Shown one piece after another: positions 12,133 to 24,653 of a stretch of 64,000 nt of DNA (position 1 is its first letter; each line of letters opens with the position of its first letter). The DNA is taken from assembly GCA_964016885.1 (NCBI GenBank), contig OZ024753.1:46748001-46812000 (forward strand), read 5' to 3'. The notes beneath the pieces are model-generated. The model was not told the origin of the DNA, did not search any database, and was given only the letters and a program-made list of their open reading frames with translations. Made by a program: the position numbers and the translations under genes. Origin of the DNA: Eledone cirrhosa. Lineage: Eukaryota.

Positions 12133-12386
12133 TTTTAATATAGATGAGATTCTACAGGACTATATATATATGGGGGGGGGGTGTATACGTTACAGAGATT
12201 TCTCTATTACACAAATCAATGAAGTCATCCAAATCCAGTGAGTTTGGGGATACTTAATGATACTGTAATATTTCTATGTGATACTACCAAAATGTCTGAC
12301 TTGTCTATACCAACAAACATTCATAACTATAAACGTGTGTTCTTTAATATATTGTCTTAATATCTATGAATGTGGTTTATTTACAG

Positions 12387-12449
12387 CCCAAGCAGTTGCT
12401 AATGGAGATCCACTTCAAGCCTACGCAGTACAGCCTTATGCCGGAATCG
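12387..12449 (+). CDS. CELF4: CELF exon, divergent domain
   Basis: tttacag| acceptor and |gtcagt donor. AQAVANGDPLQAYAVQPYAGI, 63 nt, phase 1-1; DPLQ-AYA motif of CELF3-6. Confidence 0.87.
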
Positions 12450-12685
12450 GTCAGTATTTACAGTTAACCTTCAGACATTGATTTCTCTAGTCTCTTATCC
12501 ATTATTGCTACTTGCTTCTCTATTAATGCGAGATAATGGTATTTTTCTTAATATTTTCTTTTTCTAATTATTAGTATGGTGGTGGTTGGTGTTAGATAAC
12601 AGTATTTTGATTTCCTAGTTTTTTTCTCTACTTATTATTTTAGTGGTGGAAGTGGATGATGGATTGGCAAAATTGTTAGAGTGTC

Positions 12686-13018
12686 ATGGCTTAGTGGTTA
12701 GAGCATTGGCCTTGCAATCGAAAGGTTGTGAGTTCAAATCTCAGATCGGGTGATGTGTTGTTTCCTTGAACAAGACACTTTATTTCACATTGCTCCAGTT
12801 TACTCAGCTGTAGAAATGAGATGATAGGGACTGGGGTCCCTATCATTCCACTGCAAAGTGGTCGTGGAGGTGCCACGGCAAAAAAGCACCCAGCACTCAC
12901 TGTAAATGAGGTTGGTGTTAGGAAGGGCATCCAGCTGTAGAAATCAAGCCAGAATCAGTTCCTGTCCCGCCCTTGCAAGCAGGGAAAAGCGGACGTAAAA
13001 TGAAATGATGATGATGAT
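12686..13018 (+). mobile_element. tRNA-derived SINE, family B, with RTE-derived 3' tail
   Basis: A-box tggcttagtgg and B-box gagttcaaatc. The 3' half matches the RTE 3' UTR and ends in (GAT)n. Inserted in another SINE with a tgtca duplication. Confidence 0.88.
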
Positions 13019-13077
13019 GTCAGACAAAATGCTTTTCAGCATTTAATTACAGCTTTTTACATTCAGATGTTCGGATT

Positions 13078-13445
13078 GTGAATACAAGTGGCCAAAAATG
13101 GGGTTCTTCCGAAGGGTCTTTGGAGTAATGTTACATAATTAAGTACATAGCATGGAGATCAGAGAGTTGCTCCTCGTAGAGCCACTACTTCTCCGAATTG
13201 AGAGATCACCGATACTACTTCAGAAAAGAATCGCTGGACAGATTTTATAGGCAAAATCAACCAATAGGAGACCCATGGGTAGACATGAAGCAAGATGGTT
13301 TGATAACATCCATGGGCTTGGTTGGTCTTGCTTGGGGATCCAACAGAATTAATTTGAGATAGTTGTTTCTGACAGGACCCACTGGAAGACATACATGAGG
13401 ACTCTGGGCCTGCAATTCCTCCCAGGAATAAGTGGGCAAAGAAGA
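13078..13445 (+). pseudogene. Degenerate Expander/Rex3-like RTE LINE C-terminal fragment
   Basis: Translates, with stops, MGFFRRVFGVMLHN*VHSMEIRELLLVEPLLLRIERS...RRPMGRHEARWFDNIHGLGWSCLGI, matching the VEPLLLRIERS and RRPRGRPRTRW motifs of Expander-type elements. Confidence 0.7.
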
Positions 13446-13922
13446 TTGGCAGAATTTGTAGCATGCCAAAAAAAATGCCTTGTCATATTTAGGCACAGTC
13501 CTTTATGTTCTGAGCTTAAATCCCTCTGAGGTCGACTTTATCTTTCATCCTTTTTGGTTTGTTAAAGTAAAGTACAAGCTGAACGTAGTGGACTAGCATA
13601 ATGATTAAATAACTCGGTGGTTTTAAGGGGAGATAAGTGTGATGACAGAAGAGTTATGTGCCAGGGGAGGTAAGCAACGTAGATACATACATATACAGTT
13701 CAGTGTCTGTAAACACATGAAGCAAATAGAGTGTGTGTGTGTGCCAATCCAACTAATGCTAATCCACCGACCTATATGTATAATAACAACAACAACAATA
13801 CTAATAATAACAAAGGTAGGTAATAATAATAATTAATGTAAATATTTTCAAAGAAAGAAGTAATACTAGGATATTCATTGTCATACATAGGTATGTGTAA
13901 ATATATATATATATATATATAT

Positions 13923-15313
13923 GTATAGCGAGGAATTTAGCGTACAGGTTGGGGTCCACCAGGGCTCTGTTCTTAGCCCCTCCTGTTTATCATAGTCCTG
14001 CAGGTAATAACGGAGGAGTTTAAGACCGGATGCCCATGGGAACTCCTGTATGCTGATGACCTCGCACTTATAGCTGAATCTATGGTAGAACTAGAGAAGA
14101 AATTCCAAACTTGGAAGCAGGGACTAGAAAGAAAGGGTCTCAAAGTCAACATGACAAAGACTAAGATCCTTGTAAGTAGACGAGAAAACAGAACCCAGAT
14201 CCCCTCAGGGAAATGGCCTTGCTCAGTATGTAGGAAAGGTGTAGGTAGGAACTCCATTCTCTGCCCCAAATGCAAACATTGGGTACACAAGAGATGTAGC
14301 GGGATCTCAGGAAGCTTAATTAGGAATGTAGGCTTCACATGCAGCAACTGTGCTGGGACAGCAAGCAGCAAACAGCCACAGGAAACAAGTACCACCAATC
14401 TCTGGGAGGGCTCTGTAGAAACAGTAGACAGCTTCTGCTACCTAGGTGACCGAATAAGCAACGGAGGTGGGTGTTCAGAAAGTGCAATAACTAGGATAAG
14501 AACGGGATGGAAGAAGTTTAGGGAACTACTACCACTGCTAGCTGCAAAAGGCTTCTCCCTCAAAATGAAAGGCAGACTGTATGATGCGTGTATCCGAACA
14601 ACGATGTTGCATGGTAGTGAGACCTGGGCGCTGAAGGTGGAAGACTTACGTAGATTAGAGAGAAACGAAGCCTGCATGCTCCGATGGATGTGTAATAGTA
14701 ATATACGCGAACGACAAAGCATAAATGAATTGAGAGAGAGACTGAGCATAAGAGGAATCAAATGCTGTGTGCAGGAGAGGCGGTTGCGCTGGTATGGACA
14801 TGTGATTCGTATGAAGGATGACAGCTGCATAAAAAGGTGCAGAGCACTAGAAGTCGATGGAAACCGCGGAGTGGGGAGACCCAAGATGACCTGGGATGAG
14901 GTGATAAAAGCCGACCTTAGCCAATTACACCTCTCAAAGGCGATGACACACGACCGTGACCTCTGGCGTCACGCAGTAATACAGAGTACCCGACCTCCCA
15001 TGGGTACAGGCTGAAATATATAGACAATATGCCCCCATACCCCCCACTGCAAGGTGGTCGTGGAGGTGCCACGGCAAAAAAGCACCCAGCCCACACTGTA
15101 AAGTGGACGTGTAGGCGCCACGAAAAAGCACCCAGCACTCATTGTAAATGAGGTTGGTGTTAGGAAGGGCATCCAGCTGTAGAAATCAAGCCAAATCAGT
15201 TTTTGTATGAGCAAGGCATGGTCAGCCAACTAGACACTGCCCACAACAGGACAACCCGTCTAACCCATGCTAGCGTGGAAGAACGGACGTAAAACGGTGA
15301 TGATGATGATGAT
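13923..15313 (+). mobile_element. RTE LINE copy 1, 5'-truncated
   Basis: Highly similar to 17205-18598. YADD RT end, Cys/His finger, 3' UTR and (GAT)n tail; the 5' end abuts a (TA)n tract. Confidence 0.93.
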
Positions 15314-15506
15314 ATAAATGAAAAGTATAGAAATTATTGTAGCAAGAAGCCAACAGTATTCCATAATATATAAGTGACTATAGCGTCAAAATGGAAAAAT
15401 AGTTAATGTAAGATGTGGGAAAATAATTCAAACTCAACTCAAAAAGAATCAGGATATAGATTCATCCACAGAATGTGGTGAAATCCAGGGAAAAATCAAT
15501 AGAGCC

Positions 15507-15551
<45 letters not shown>

Positions 15552-15553
<2 letters not shown>

Positions 15554-18500
15554 CCACAATAATATCAGCTTACGCACCCCAATCGGGGCTGCCAGACGAA
15601 CTTAAGGACAGGTTTTACGAGTCCCTAATACACACTACTGCTCTAACAGACGACAAGGACTTCCTAATCATTGCAGGAGATTTTAACGGACACGTAGGTA
15701 AACACTGCGACGGCTTCAATAGAGTACATGGAGGCCATGGAGTTGGCACAAGGAATGAGGAAGGATTCAGACTTCTAGAATTCTGCGACGCCAATGACAT
15801 GTCGATATGTAACACAAACTTTAAAAAACCCGACAACCACCTGATCACCTATAGATCAGGGGAGCACTCTAGTCAGTTAGATTTTATCCTCATCAGAGGA
15901 CGTGACAGATGGACGGTCGTAAACACAAAAGCCTTCCCTAGTGAGGAATGTACATCCCAACATAGCTTAGTTGTCAGCGACCTCACGGTCAGAACTAGAC
16001 GAGCCCTGAAACAGAGGCCAACCTGGAGAAGAAAGATCTGGAAGCTGAAAGTCCCCTCAACCAGTAACAGATTTAAAGATATTTTACTCAACGCCTACGA
16101 CAGTAAAGAAGAACAGATAGAGACATTTAACGTAGAAGAGAACTGGGAGTTCCTAAAAAATAACTTACTAGAGGCGACGGATGAGGTTTGTGGCTGGAGT
16201 AAGACCTCAAGCAGGAGGAGAGTGACTTGGTGGTGGAACAATAAGGTAGATGAAGCAGTCAAGGCCAAGAGACAGGCATGGAAAGAATGGAAGAACGGGG
16301 GGAGCAGGGTACATTACATAGAGACCAAGAGGGAAGCTAGGCGACAAGTATACTTAGCTAGGAGGGAAGCAGAGGATAGAAAATTCAAGCATGTTTTACA
16401 ACGTGAGGACCAGAAACAGGAGGTATTCAAGATTGCGAGGCAGTGTGTCAGAGATAGTTGTGATGTCATTGGAGAGAAGTGTATCCGGAATGATAAAGGT
16501 GAGCTTGCCCTCACAAGTGCTGAGAAGAAAGATGCATGGAAGAGTCATTATGATAGATTACTAAATGAGGAGAATGCATGGGAAGAAGAGACCCTACCCC
16601 ACGTAGACCCTATAGAGGGACCAGCAGTACAAGTCAGCGGCAGCGTAGTAAGTAAGGCAATCAGAGATATGAAGATAGGGAAGGCAACCGGTCCATCGGG
16701 TATAGCTGCCGAGATGCTGAAGGCATCTGGGTCTGTAGGTCACACTATAACCACACGTATCGTTAACCAGGTAATACTAGAGGGGGCCATACCAAAAGAT
16801 TGGTGCAGTAGCATCATTGTCAACTGCTACAAAGGTAAAGGCGATGCACTAGATAGAGGAAACTATAGAGGTATAAAGTTGATGGACCAGGTCATGAAAG
16901 TAACAGAAAGAGTTATAGCACAGCTGATTAGGGACCGGGTGAATATAGACGAGATGCAATTTGGGTTTGTTCCAGGGAAAGGCACCACTGATGCGCTCTT
17001 CCTTGTGAGGCAATTACAGGAAAAGTACCTAGCTAAAAGTAAGCCACTCTACTTGGCATTTGTCGACCTTGAGAAAGCCTTTGACAGAGTTCCACGTGCA
17101 GTAATCTGGTGGGCTCTTAGAAAACTAGGAGTAGATGAATGGCTTGTGAAAGCGGTACAAGCCATGTATAGGGGAGCAGTCAGCAAAGTTAGGATTGGCA
17201 ATGAGTATAGCGAGGAATTTAGCGTACAGGTTGGGGTCCACCAGGGCTCTGTTCTTAGCCCTCTCCTGTTCATCATAGTCCTGCAGGCAATAACGGAGGA
17301 GTTTAAGACCGGATGCCCATGGGAACTCCTGTATGCTGATGACCTCGCACTCATAGCTGAATCTATGGTAGAACTAGAGAATAAATTCCAAACCTGGAAG
17401 CAGGGACTAGAGAGAAAGGGCCTCAAAGTCAACATGACAAAGACTAAGGTCCTTATAAGTAGACGAGAAAACAGAACCCAGATCCCCTCAGGGAAATGGC
17501 CTTGCTCAGTATGTAGGAAAGGTGTAGGTAGGAACTCCATTCTTTGCCCCAAATGCAAACAATGGGTACACAAGAGATGTAGCGGGATCTCAGGAAGCTT
17601 AATTAAGAATGTAGGATTCACATGCAGCAGCTGTGCTGAAACAGCAAGCAAACAGCCACAGGAAACAAGTACCACCAATCTCTGGGAGGGCCCTGTAGAA
17701 ACAGTAGACAGCTTCTGCTACCTAGGTGACCGAATTAGCAACGGAGGTGGGTGCTCAGAAAGTACAATAACTAGGGTAAGAACGGGATGGAAGAAGTTTA
17801 GGGAACTACTACCACTGCTAGCTGCAAAAGGCTTCTCCCTCAGAATGAAAGGCAGACTGTATGATGCGTGTATCCGAACAGCGATGTTGCATGGTAGTGA
17901 GACCTGGGCGCTGAAGGTGGAAGACTTACGTAGATTAGAGAGAAACGAAGCCTGCATGCTCCGATGGATGTGTAACAGTAATATACGTGAACGACAAAGC
18001 ATAAATGAATTGAGAGAGAGACTGAGCATAAGAGGAATCAAATGCTGCGTGCAGGAGAGGCGGTTACGCTGGTATGGACATGTGATGCGTATGAAGGATG
18101 ACAGCTGCATAAAAAGGTGCAGAGCACTAGAAGTTGATGGAAACCGCGGAGTGGGGAGACCCAAGATGACTTGGGATGAGGTGATAAAAGCCGACCTTAC
18201 CCAACTACACCTCTCAAAGTCAATGACACACGACCGTGACTTCTGGCGTCACGCAGTAATACAGGGTACCCGACCTCCCATGGGTACATGCTGAAGCATA
18301 TAAACAATATGCCCCCCCCCCCCCCACCGCAAGGTGGTCGTGGAGGTGCCACGGCAAAAAAGCACCCAGCCCACACTGTAAAGTGGACGTGTAGGCGCCA
18401 CGAAAAAGCACCCAGCACTCACTGTAAATGAGGTTGGTGTTAGGAAGGGCATCCAGCTGTAGAAATCAAGCCAGATCAGTTCCTGTATGAGCAAGGCATG

Positions 18501-18598
18501 GTCAGCCGACCAGACACTGCCCACAACAGGACAACCCGTCTAACCCATGCTAGCGTGGAAGAACGGACGTAAAACGGTGATGATGATGATGATGATGA
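15552..18598 (+). mobile_element. RTE LINE copy 2, near full-length ORF (APE endonuclease, RT, PHD-like finger)
   Basis: Uninterrupted frame to 18294: SAYAPQ, GDFNGHVG, LDFIL and SQH (APE); DLEKAFD, GVHQGS and YADD (RT); CxxC..CxxC..HxxC..CxxC finger; (GAT)n tail. 5'-truncated at a (TA)n tract. Confidence 0.95.
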
Positions 18599-18987
18599 TA
18601 TATATATATATACTAAGAATAATGAGCTCTAAACTCAAGCAGTCCTTTAAATCCAGGGAAAAATCAATAGAGCCTTTATTTATTTTTATATATATATATA
18701 TATATAAATGAGAAAACTCATCGCAAGAACTGACATTAAAACAGCTAAATGCTGTTACTTCTCCTTGTCCTCCTCTTTCAGTCTTTTCTATGTTTCATCT
18801 GCCTGTCAGCCACCTTGTGAATTGTGTCTCTATTGACTACTAGCCACTGTTCTCTGAGACATTTTTGCCCATAGCTGTCTTTGACAGCATTTAGCTGTTT
18901 TAACGGCTGTTCTAGCGATCAGTTTTCTCATTTTTATATATATTCAAATACACTCATAATTCATCTCAATCAGAGACAACATTGTTT

Positions 18988-19051
<64 letters not shown>

Positions 19052-19127
19052 ACATATATGTATGTCTGTATGTATATCTCAGTATAATTTGCCATCTGAA
19101 TAATAGGTTTTGTCTTTGATATTCCAG

Positions 19128-19205
19128 CCTACCCGGCTGCGTACGGTCAATTCCAACAGGCATTAGCTCAACACGCCACTATTCTTCCCACAGCACAAAA
19201 AGAGG
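19128..19205 (+). CDS. CELF4: CELF exon preceding RRM3
   Basis: ttccag| acceptor and |gtaagt donor. AYPAAYGQFQQALAQHATILPTAQKE, 78 nt, phase 1-1; the AYPAAYGQ motif matches CELF4. Confidence 0.9.
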
Positions 19206-20183
19206 GTAAGTAGTGTTACCTTATGTTTTTATATGTTGATGTAGTTTAGCCGTAGATCAATCATCACCTAACCCTACGTATAGTTAAAGGTGTTCTAGTC
19301 ATGAGAATTCTGTCTTTAATTCAGACCTATTGTATTTAGGACTACTTTATCCAATAGGTAATAGCCATAATGTTATAGTTTAATCCTGGGTCAGTCATGA
19401 TCCAAAAGACCTACACTCGAAGATGTTCTAGCCATAACCATCCAATGTATATATATTAATAGATACATTTGTGTGCATATATATATATATACCTATACAT
19501 ATGTATCTATTTACCATATATACTCATGTATAAGTCAGACTGGTAGATAATTCACCACCATTTTACATACAACATTTACACTGAACCATATATTTTGAAT
19601 TAAGGTTTTGTAAGTCCAGTATATAAGTAACTTGTATTTTTGTGGACAAAGGTGCAACTTATACATAAATATGTACAATATATTTATGGCAAGGAATTGG
19701 CAGAATCATAAGTTTAAATACTTCAGTATATGTTCTGCCTTTCCACACTTCATGTTCTGCTATAGTCAACTTTTCCTTTCATCCTTTCAGGGTTGATAAA
19801 TAAAGTAACAATCCAAAAGTGGTGGATTAGTGGAATTGTTAGAGAATCAGACTGGATATTTTGCAGTGTCTGATCTGGCTATATGCATTCTGAGTTCAAA
19901 TCCTGCCTCCTTTTGCCAGTAGTTGTGATCTGCAGATAATATCAGCCATGAATACACCTATGGAAACATAGTTTTCCTCATCCAATTTGACAATCAGATC
20001 CTTTGCTTTCCTTTCCTTTTATATATATTTTTTATATAATTACCTGCCAATGTATATTCATGTATGTATATTTATGTATGTATATATATTTATTTCTGCA
20101 CATCTCCTATTTCTGTAAGTATAATGATGTATATATATATATATATTTATATACAGCCATGCCTATGTTTCTGCTATCTCCAG

Positions 20184-20327
20184 GGCCGGAAGGTTGTAAT
20201 CTATTTATATATCACTTGCCCCAAGAATTTGGCGATGCTGAATTAGCACAGATGTTCATGCCTTTCGGCAATGTTATTAGTGCCAAAGTTTATGTTGATC
20301 GCGCCACCAATCAAAGTAAATGCTTTG
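20184..20327 (+). CDS. CELF4: CELF exon, first half of RRM3
   Basis: ctccag| acceptor and |gtaagt donor. [48 protein letters not shown], containing RNP2 (LFIYHL); 144 nt. Confidence 0.96.
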
Positions 20328-20560
20328 GTAAGTAAAAACATTTCACCATTTCTATCCAAATTCATTTTCTCTTCTTGTCTTATATTATTTATTTTTGTTT
20401 TGATTATTTCTGTATTGTTTATATTATTTTTTGGTATATTTTTATCAATTTAAAAATTTGAAACTGAAAAAATATTTAAAATTTCATTTAAATATACATA
20501 TATTAAATATACATATACATTAAATATACATATATATATACATATAGATATAGATATATA

Positions 20561-20744
<184 letters not shown>

Positions 20745-20776
20745 TACATATATATATACATGTATAGATATATACA

Positions 20777-20837
<61 letters not shown>

Positions 20838-21374
20838 CACTCTCACACACCCACACATATATATACACATACAGATATTGTGTATTCTTTGTTAATTCCA
20901 TTTGAATTTTTTTAAATAGATTTAGAAAAATGTAAAGATGTAAAAAAGAGACAAAGTCCCCCCTCTGCCTGCCAATAATATATTAGTCATAACATTGATA
21001 TAGTTTTTTCTTTTACCTATTCCAGCTGACTCTCAGATTTCCACCCGCATCTCAGATACTTTACACACACAATGAAAACCACCACAACATTCCCATCACC
21101 ATCATCCCTACCACCACCACCATTGTCAGTCTCTGGAATATTTCAGCTGTTCCAAGCAATACTGTTTTCTGCTAGTGTTCCACCTGTATTGCAACCCCTA
21201 TTTCTTTAATGTACTTCTCAAGATTTTTACTTACTGTTCCTAACATTCCAACTATCATTGGTATTACTACCACTTTTTTCAATGACCACAACTGCTTAAC
21301 CTCCTAAACTAATCTGTCATATCTATCCACTTTTTTCATTCCTTATCTCATAACGTATTATTATTATTATCATT

Positions 21375-21590
21375 GTGTGGTGGATTGGCAGTATCAGTAG
21401 AGGGTTGGATGCTATGCTTTGATGCACAGAGTTACGGCCCTTGCCATTCTGAGTTCGAATCCCGCCGAGGTTAACTTTGCCTTTCATCCTTACGGGGTCG
21501 ATAAAACAAAGTACCAGTAATGCACTGGGTATGTGCTGGCCTTGTGCCAAAAAGTAGAAACAATTATTATTATCATTATTATTATTATTA
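21375..21590 (+). mobile_element. tRNA-derived SINE, family A
   Basis: B-box gagttcgaatccc, shared core and (ATT)n tail. Confidence 0.87.
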
Positions 21591-22319
21591 TGGTAATCTA
21601 CATTATTTAGTGAAGAAACAATTATTTAGTGAATATTAAACAACATTTTAAAATTTAGTTTGAACATTTAAAATAGAAAAAAGGATTTTCTATCTAAACT
21701 TATTCTAAATTATTTGTATTTTATTTTATTGTATTAATTTATTTAAATTATTGATTAATTATAATCTGCAGAAGAATCTATGTTTCCTCCCCTTCCTTTT
21801 CATCCTCCCACTTTTTAAAATATTGCTCAAAGAAAAACAGAAAAGAAGAGAGAGAAAGTGTGGGGGAGAAGGAGGAGGGACTGAGAGTGAGAATATTTTC
21901 AGTTTACAAAGACTTCTTCAACAAAAGATATGAGGGCAAAATTGATTCTAGATGCGGAATAAATTTACACGATTGTTAATAGAGGCTTTATAGAATAACG
22001 GGGCTGGTGAATTTTAAAGAAACATAAAATTATTCCCAATCTAATAACTAATAACTAAAGACGTTATAATGGTACAATATAAAATAATTTTAAGAAGAAG
22101 AAAAATATATATATATAAATTTAATAATAATTAATAAATAAATATATAAAGATAATAGACTGGAAGTGAAGAATGTCTGTAATGTGAACTATATTTAGTG
22201 GTATTAATTCAACCGGTAATTTTAACCTTAATAAATGATAGATGAATTAAAATTTGGAAAAATCTAGATTGTTTGAAAGTGTTTTACAATGAATTCATTG
22301 AACATTTATATAGCATAGA

Positions 22320-22835
22320 TGCAAGCATGGTTGTGTGATTAAGGAGTTTGTAATTATACTTCAGGTTTAGTTTTGAATTCACATTTGCTACATTGCACCT
22401 TGGGCAAGTGACTTTTATAGCCTGAGATTCAGCAATAATTTGTGAGTGGAATTTGGTAGATGGAAACTACAGAAGCCCACTGCATATATATATATATGAA
22501 ATAGGAAAAGAGTTAGAACCCCGACGGCTGAGCTCCGGCCGTTTCAACAGCTAAATCCGAAGTAAGCTAGCAGTATTAGAACGGCGGGAATCTAACTGAA
22601 CTTATCAAGGGGTACAGTCCATATATGGACATGCAGTCAAAACAAACAAAAAAACAAATATCAAAGCAAATAATCCTAAAATATATACACATTCAGTTTC
22701 TATCTATCAAATGTTTTTCATAAGACTGGTTTCTTCAAGGCTATTGTAGCTGACATCTGCACAATGTGCTGCACAGTGTGATTGATCCTGAAACCATGTG
22801 GTTGTGAAGTGATCTTGTTAACCACCCAGCCTGCA
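22320..22835. mobile_element. Two degenerate, oppositely oriented SINEs (family C) flanking a hammerhead-bearing insert
   Basis: The + copy at about 22320-22480 ends tggtagatggaaactacagaagccc; the - copy at about 22690-22835 starts ttcagtttctatctatcaaat. A related copy lies at about 9540-9680. Confidence 0.55.
22519..22612 (-). ncRNA. Type I hammerhead ribozyme with elongated stem II, U3-A8 variant
   Basis: Minus strand: CCCC-UUGAUAA-guu-CAGUUAGAUUC[29 nt]GGAUUUAGCUG-uu-GAAA-CGGC[cggagcuca]GCCG-UC-GGGG. The base of stem II is imperfect. Confidence 0.65.
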
Positions 22836-23364
22836 TATAATGTCAATAGAGTTAATTTGGAATTAATGAACATTGTTAATTACAATCAGAAATTATAGTT
22901 AGCTTAATTTCATTTGTAAAATAAAATAATTAATTAGTTGTTTTTTAATCTTTTGTAATTCATTTTCATTAAGAATTTTTAATAAATGAAATATTAGAAA
23001 TTAATTTTAAAGTTTTCTGTCTGCAATCGGTGATTACAATAAATATAAATATAGTTTTTTTGAAAGTCAATCAATTTGTGTGGACAATGTCACATAACAT
23101 TTACTTCAAGTATCATCAGACCAATTCTCACAATTACATTTAGTTTCAGAGGGAGCATTTACATAGTTATTCCCTATGCTAGAAATATCAGCCAAATTAC
23201 ATTCTACCATCAACACCATTATCATCCTCACACTTGCTTGGATTAGATAGGTGCTATCTAGTACAACATTCTTCTACTTGTATCTTTACTATGGCATATG
23301 CCTTGCAATGTTCACTATCTTGAGATTGACATTCACCACTTCTATCCAAGTATTCCATGGACAC

Positions 23365-23470
23365 ATCTACCACAGTCCCAAGCCTACCTCAGTCCCAAGC
23401 CTACTTCTACCACAGTCCCAAGCCTACTTCTACCACAGTCCCAAGCCTACCACTACCACAATCCCAAGTC
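23365..23470. repeat. Short minisatellite, about 23 bp unit (cctacttctaccacagtcccaag)
   Basis: 4-5 tandem, partly truncated copies. Confidence 0.75.
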
Positions 23471-23812
23471 TTCTTTGTCTTACTTCTACTACAGCTCCAA
23501 GTCTTCCTTAGCCTTCCTCAATCTCAGCTTCCTTTCACTTTCAATTCCTGGCACTTCTCTATGCAACAATCATCATCCATATTTATTTTGAGGACATTTA
23601 CTTACCTTAAATTCTAGTTCTGTTATACTCTTCTGTTACTTATAAAGTACATCATGTATTCTATATTTACACCTATACTCCCATATACCATACATCTTTT
23701 CATTTTTCTAAATATTTAGTTGCACATAAATATATTAAATTTTCTATTTGAATTCTATGAATGATAAAATTATTGGTTTTGCTACAAAAACAAAGAATAT
23801 ATATATATGTAC

Positions 23813-23860
<48 letters not shown>

Positions 23861-23910
23861 CAGGAAAGAAGAGTGACACGGTTTGCTATATAACTATTAT
23901 TTGTTACCCC

Positions 23911-23945
<35 letters not shown>

Positions 23946-24158
23946 CTAAGGTTGTGATAATATATATATGGTATAACACTTTATATACATAGATTGGATA
24001 TTTAACAGTTTGAGGTGAAAACAATAAAAAAAATAATTCTTCTTTCATTTTTAAGGTAGAGGGAAAAAATTTACTATTTCAAAGAAACAATAAAAAAAGA
24101 AAGGGAAAAGAAAAACATATCAAATTTAGGTTATTCTATATGCTAGCTTATATGTATG

Positions 24159-24210
<52 letters not shown>

Positions 24211-24331
24211 GCCCAACCCATGTAACCGTGGAACAACGGGTGTAAAATATGATTATATATATAACAGAGATGAATTTATTTTGTAATGTTTTGATATGAA
24301 ATCGTGTATTGAAACAATTATTGTTATATCT

Positions 24332-24653
24332 GGGAGGATCATATTGTTATAATATTGCCAGAAATAATAATAAAATACAGTCACTGTTTGGTTTGGCTTG
24401 GTTTTCGCTTCTGTATCTTTTATATCCCAATAGTTAATTTAGCTGGCAATGTTTATCATTGATTGACCAACGGTTGAAAATATGGATATAAAGGTATATA
24501 TATATATATATAGTCTATCAAAGTTCTTTCATCACACACCTGTAATGTTAACTGTAGGGATATATAATATACAGAAGCAAAAATCAATCCAAACCAAACA
24601 GTGAGTGTGTTTTATTATTATTTCTGGCAATGTTATAACAATATGACCCTCCC
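24332..24653. mobile_element. MITE-like element with about 105-bp imperfect inverted arms
   Basis: 24332-24437 is the approximate reverse complement of 24548-24653; a short related fragment lies near 43785-43815. Confidence 0.55.

Noticed and set aside
15475-15551. N-terminus of the 939-aa ORF
   Set aside because: Flanking DNA and (TA)n read in frame by chance; the LINE is 5'-truncated and lacks its true start.
13973-18524. Antisense ORFs overlapping the RTE copies
   Set aside because: Shadow frames of the LINE, duplicated with it, with no independent motifs.
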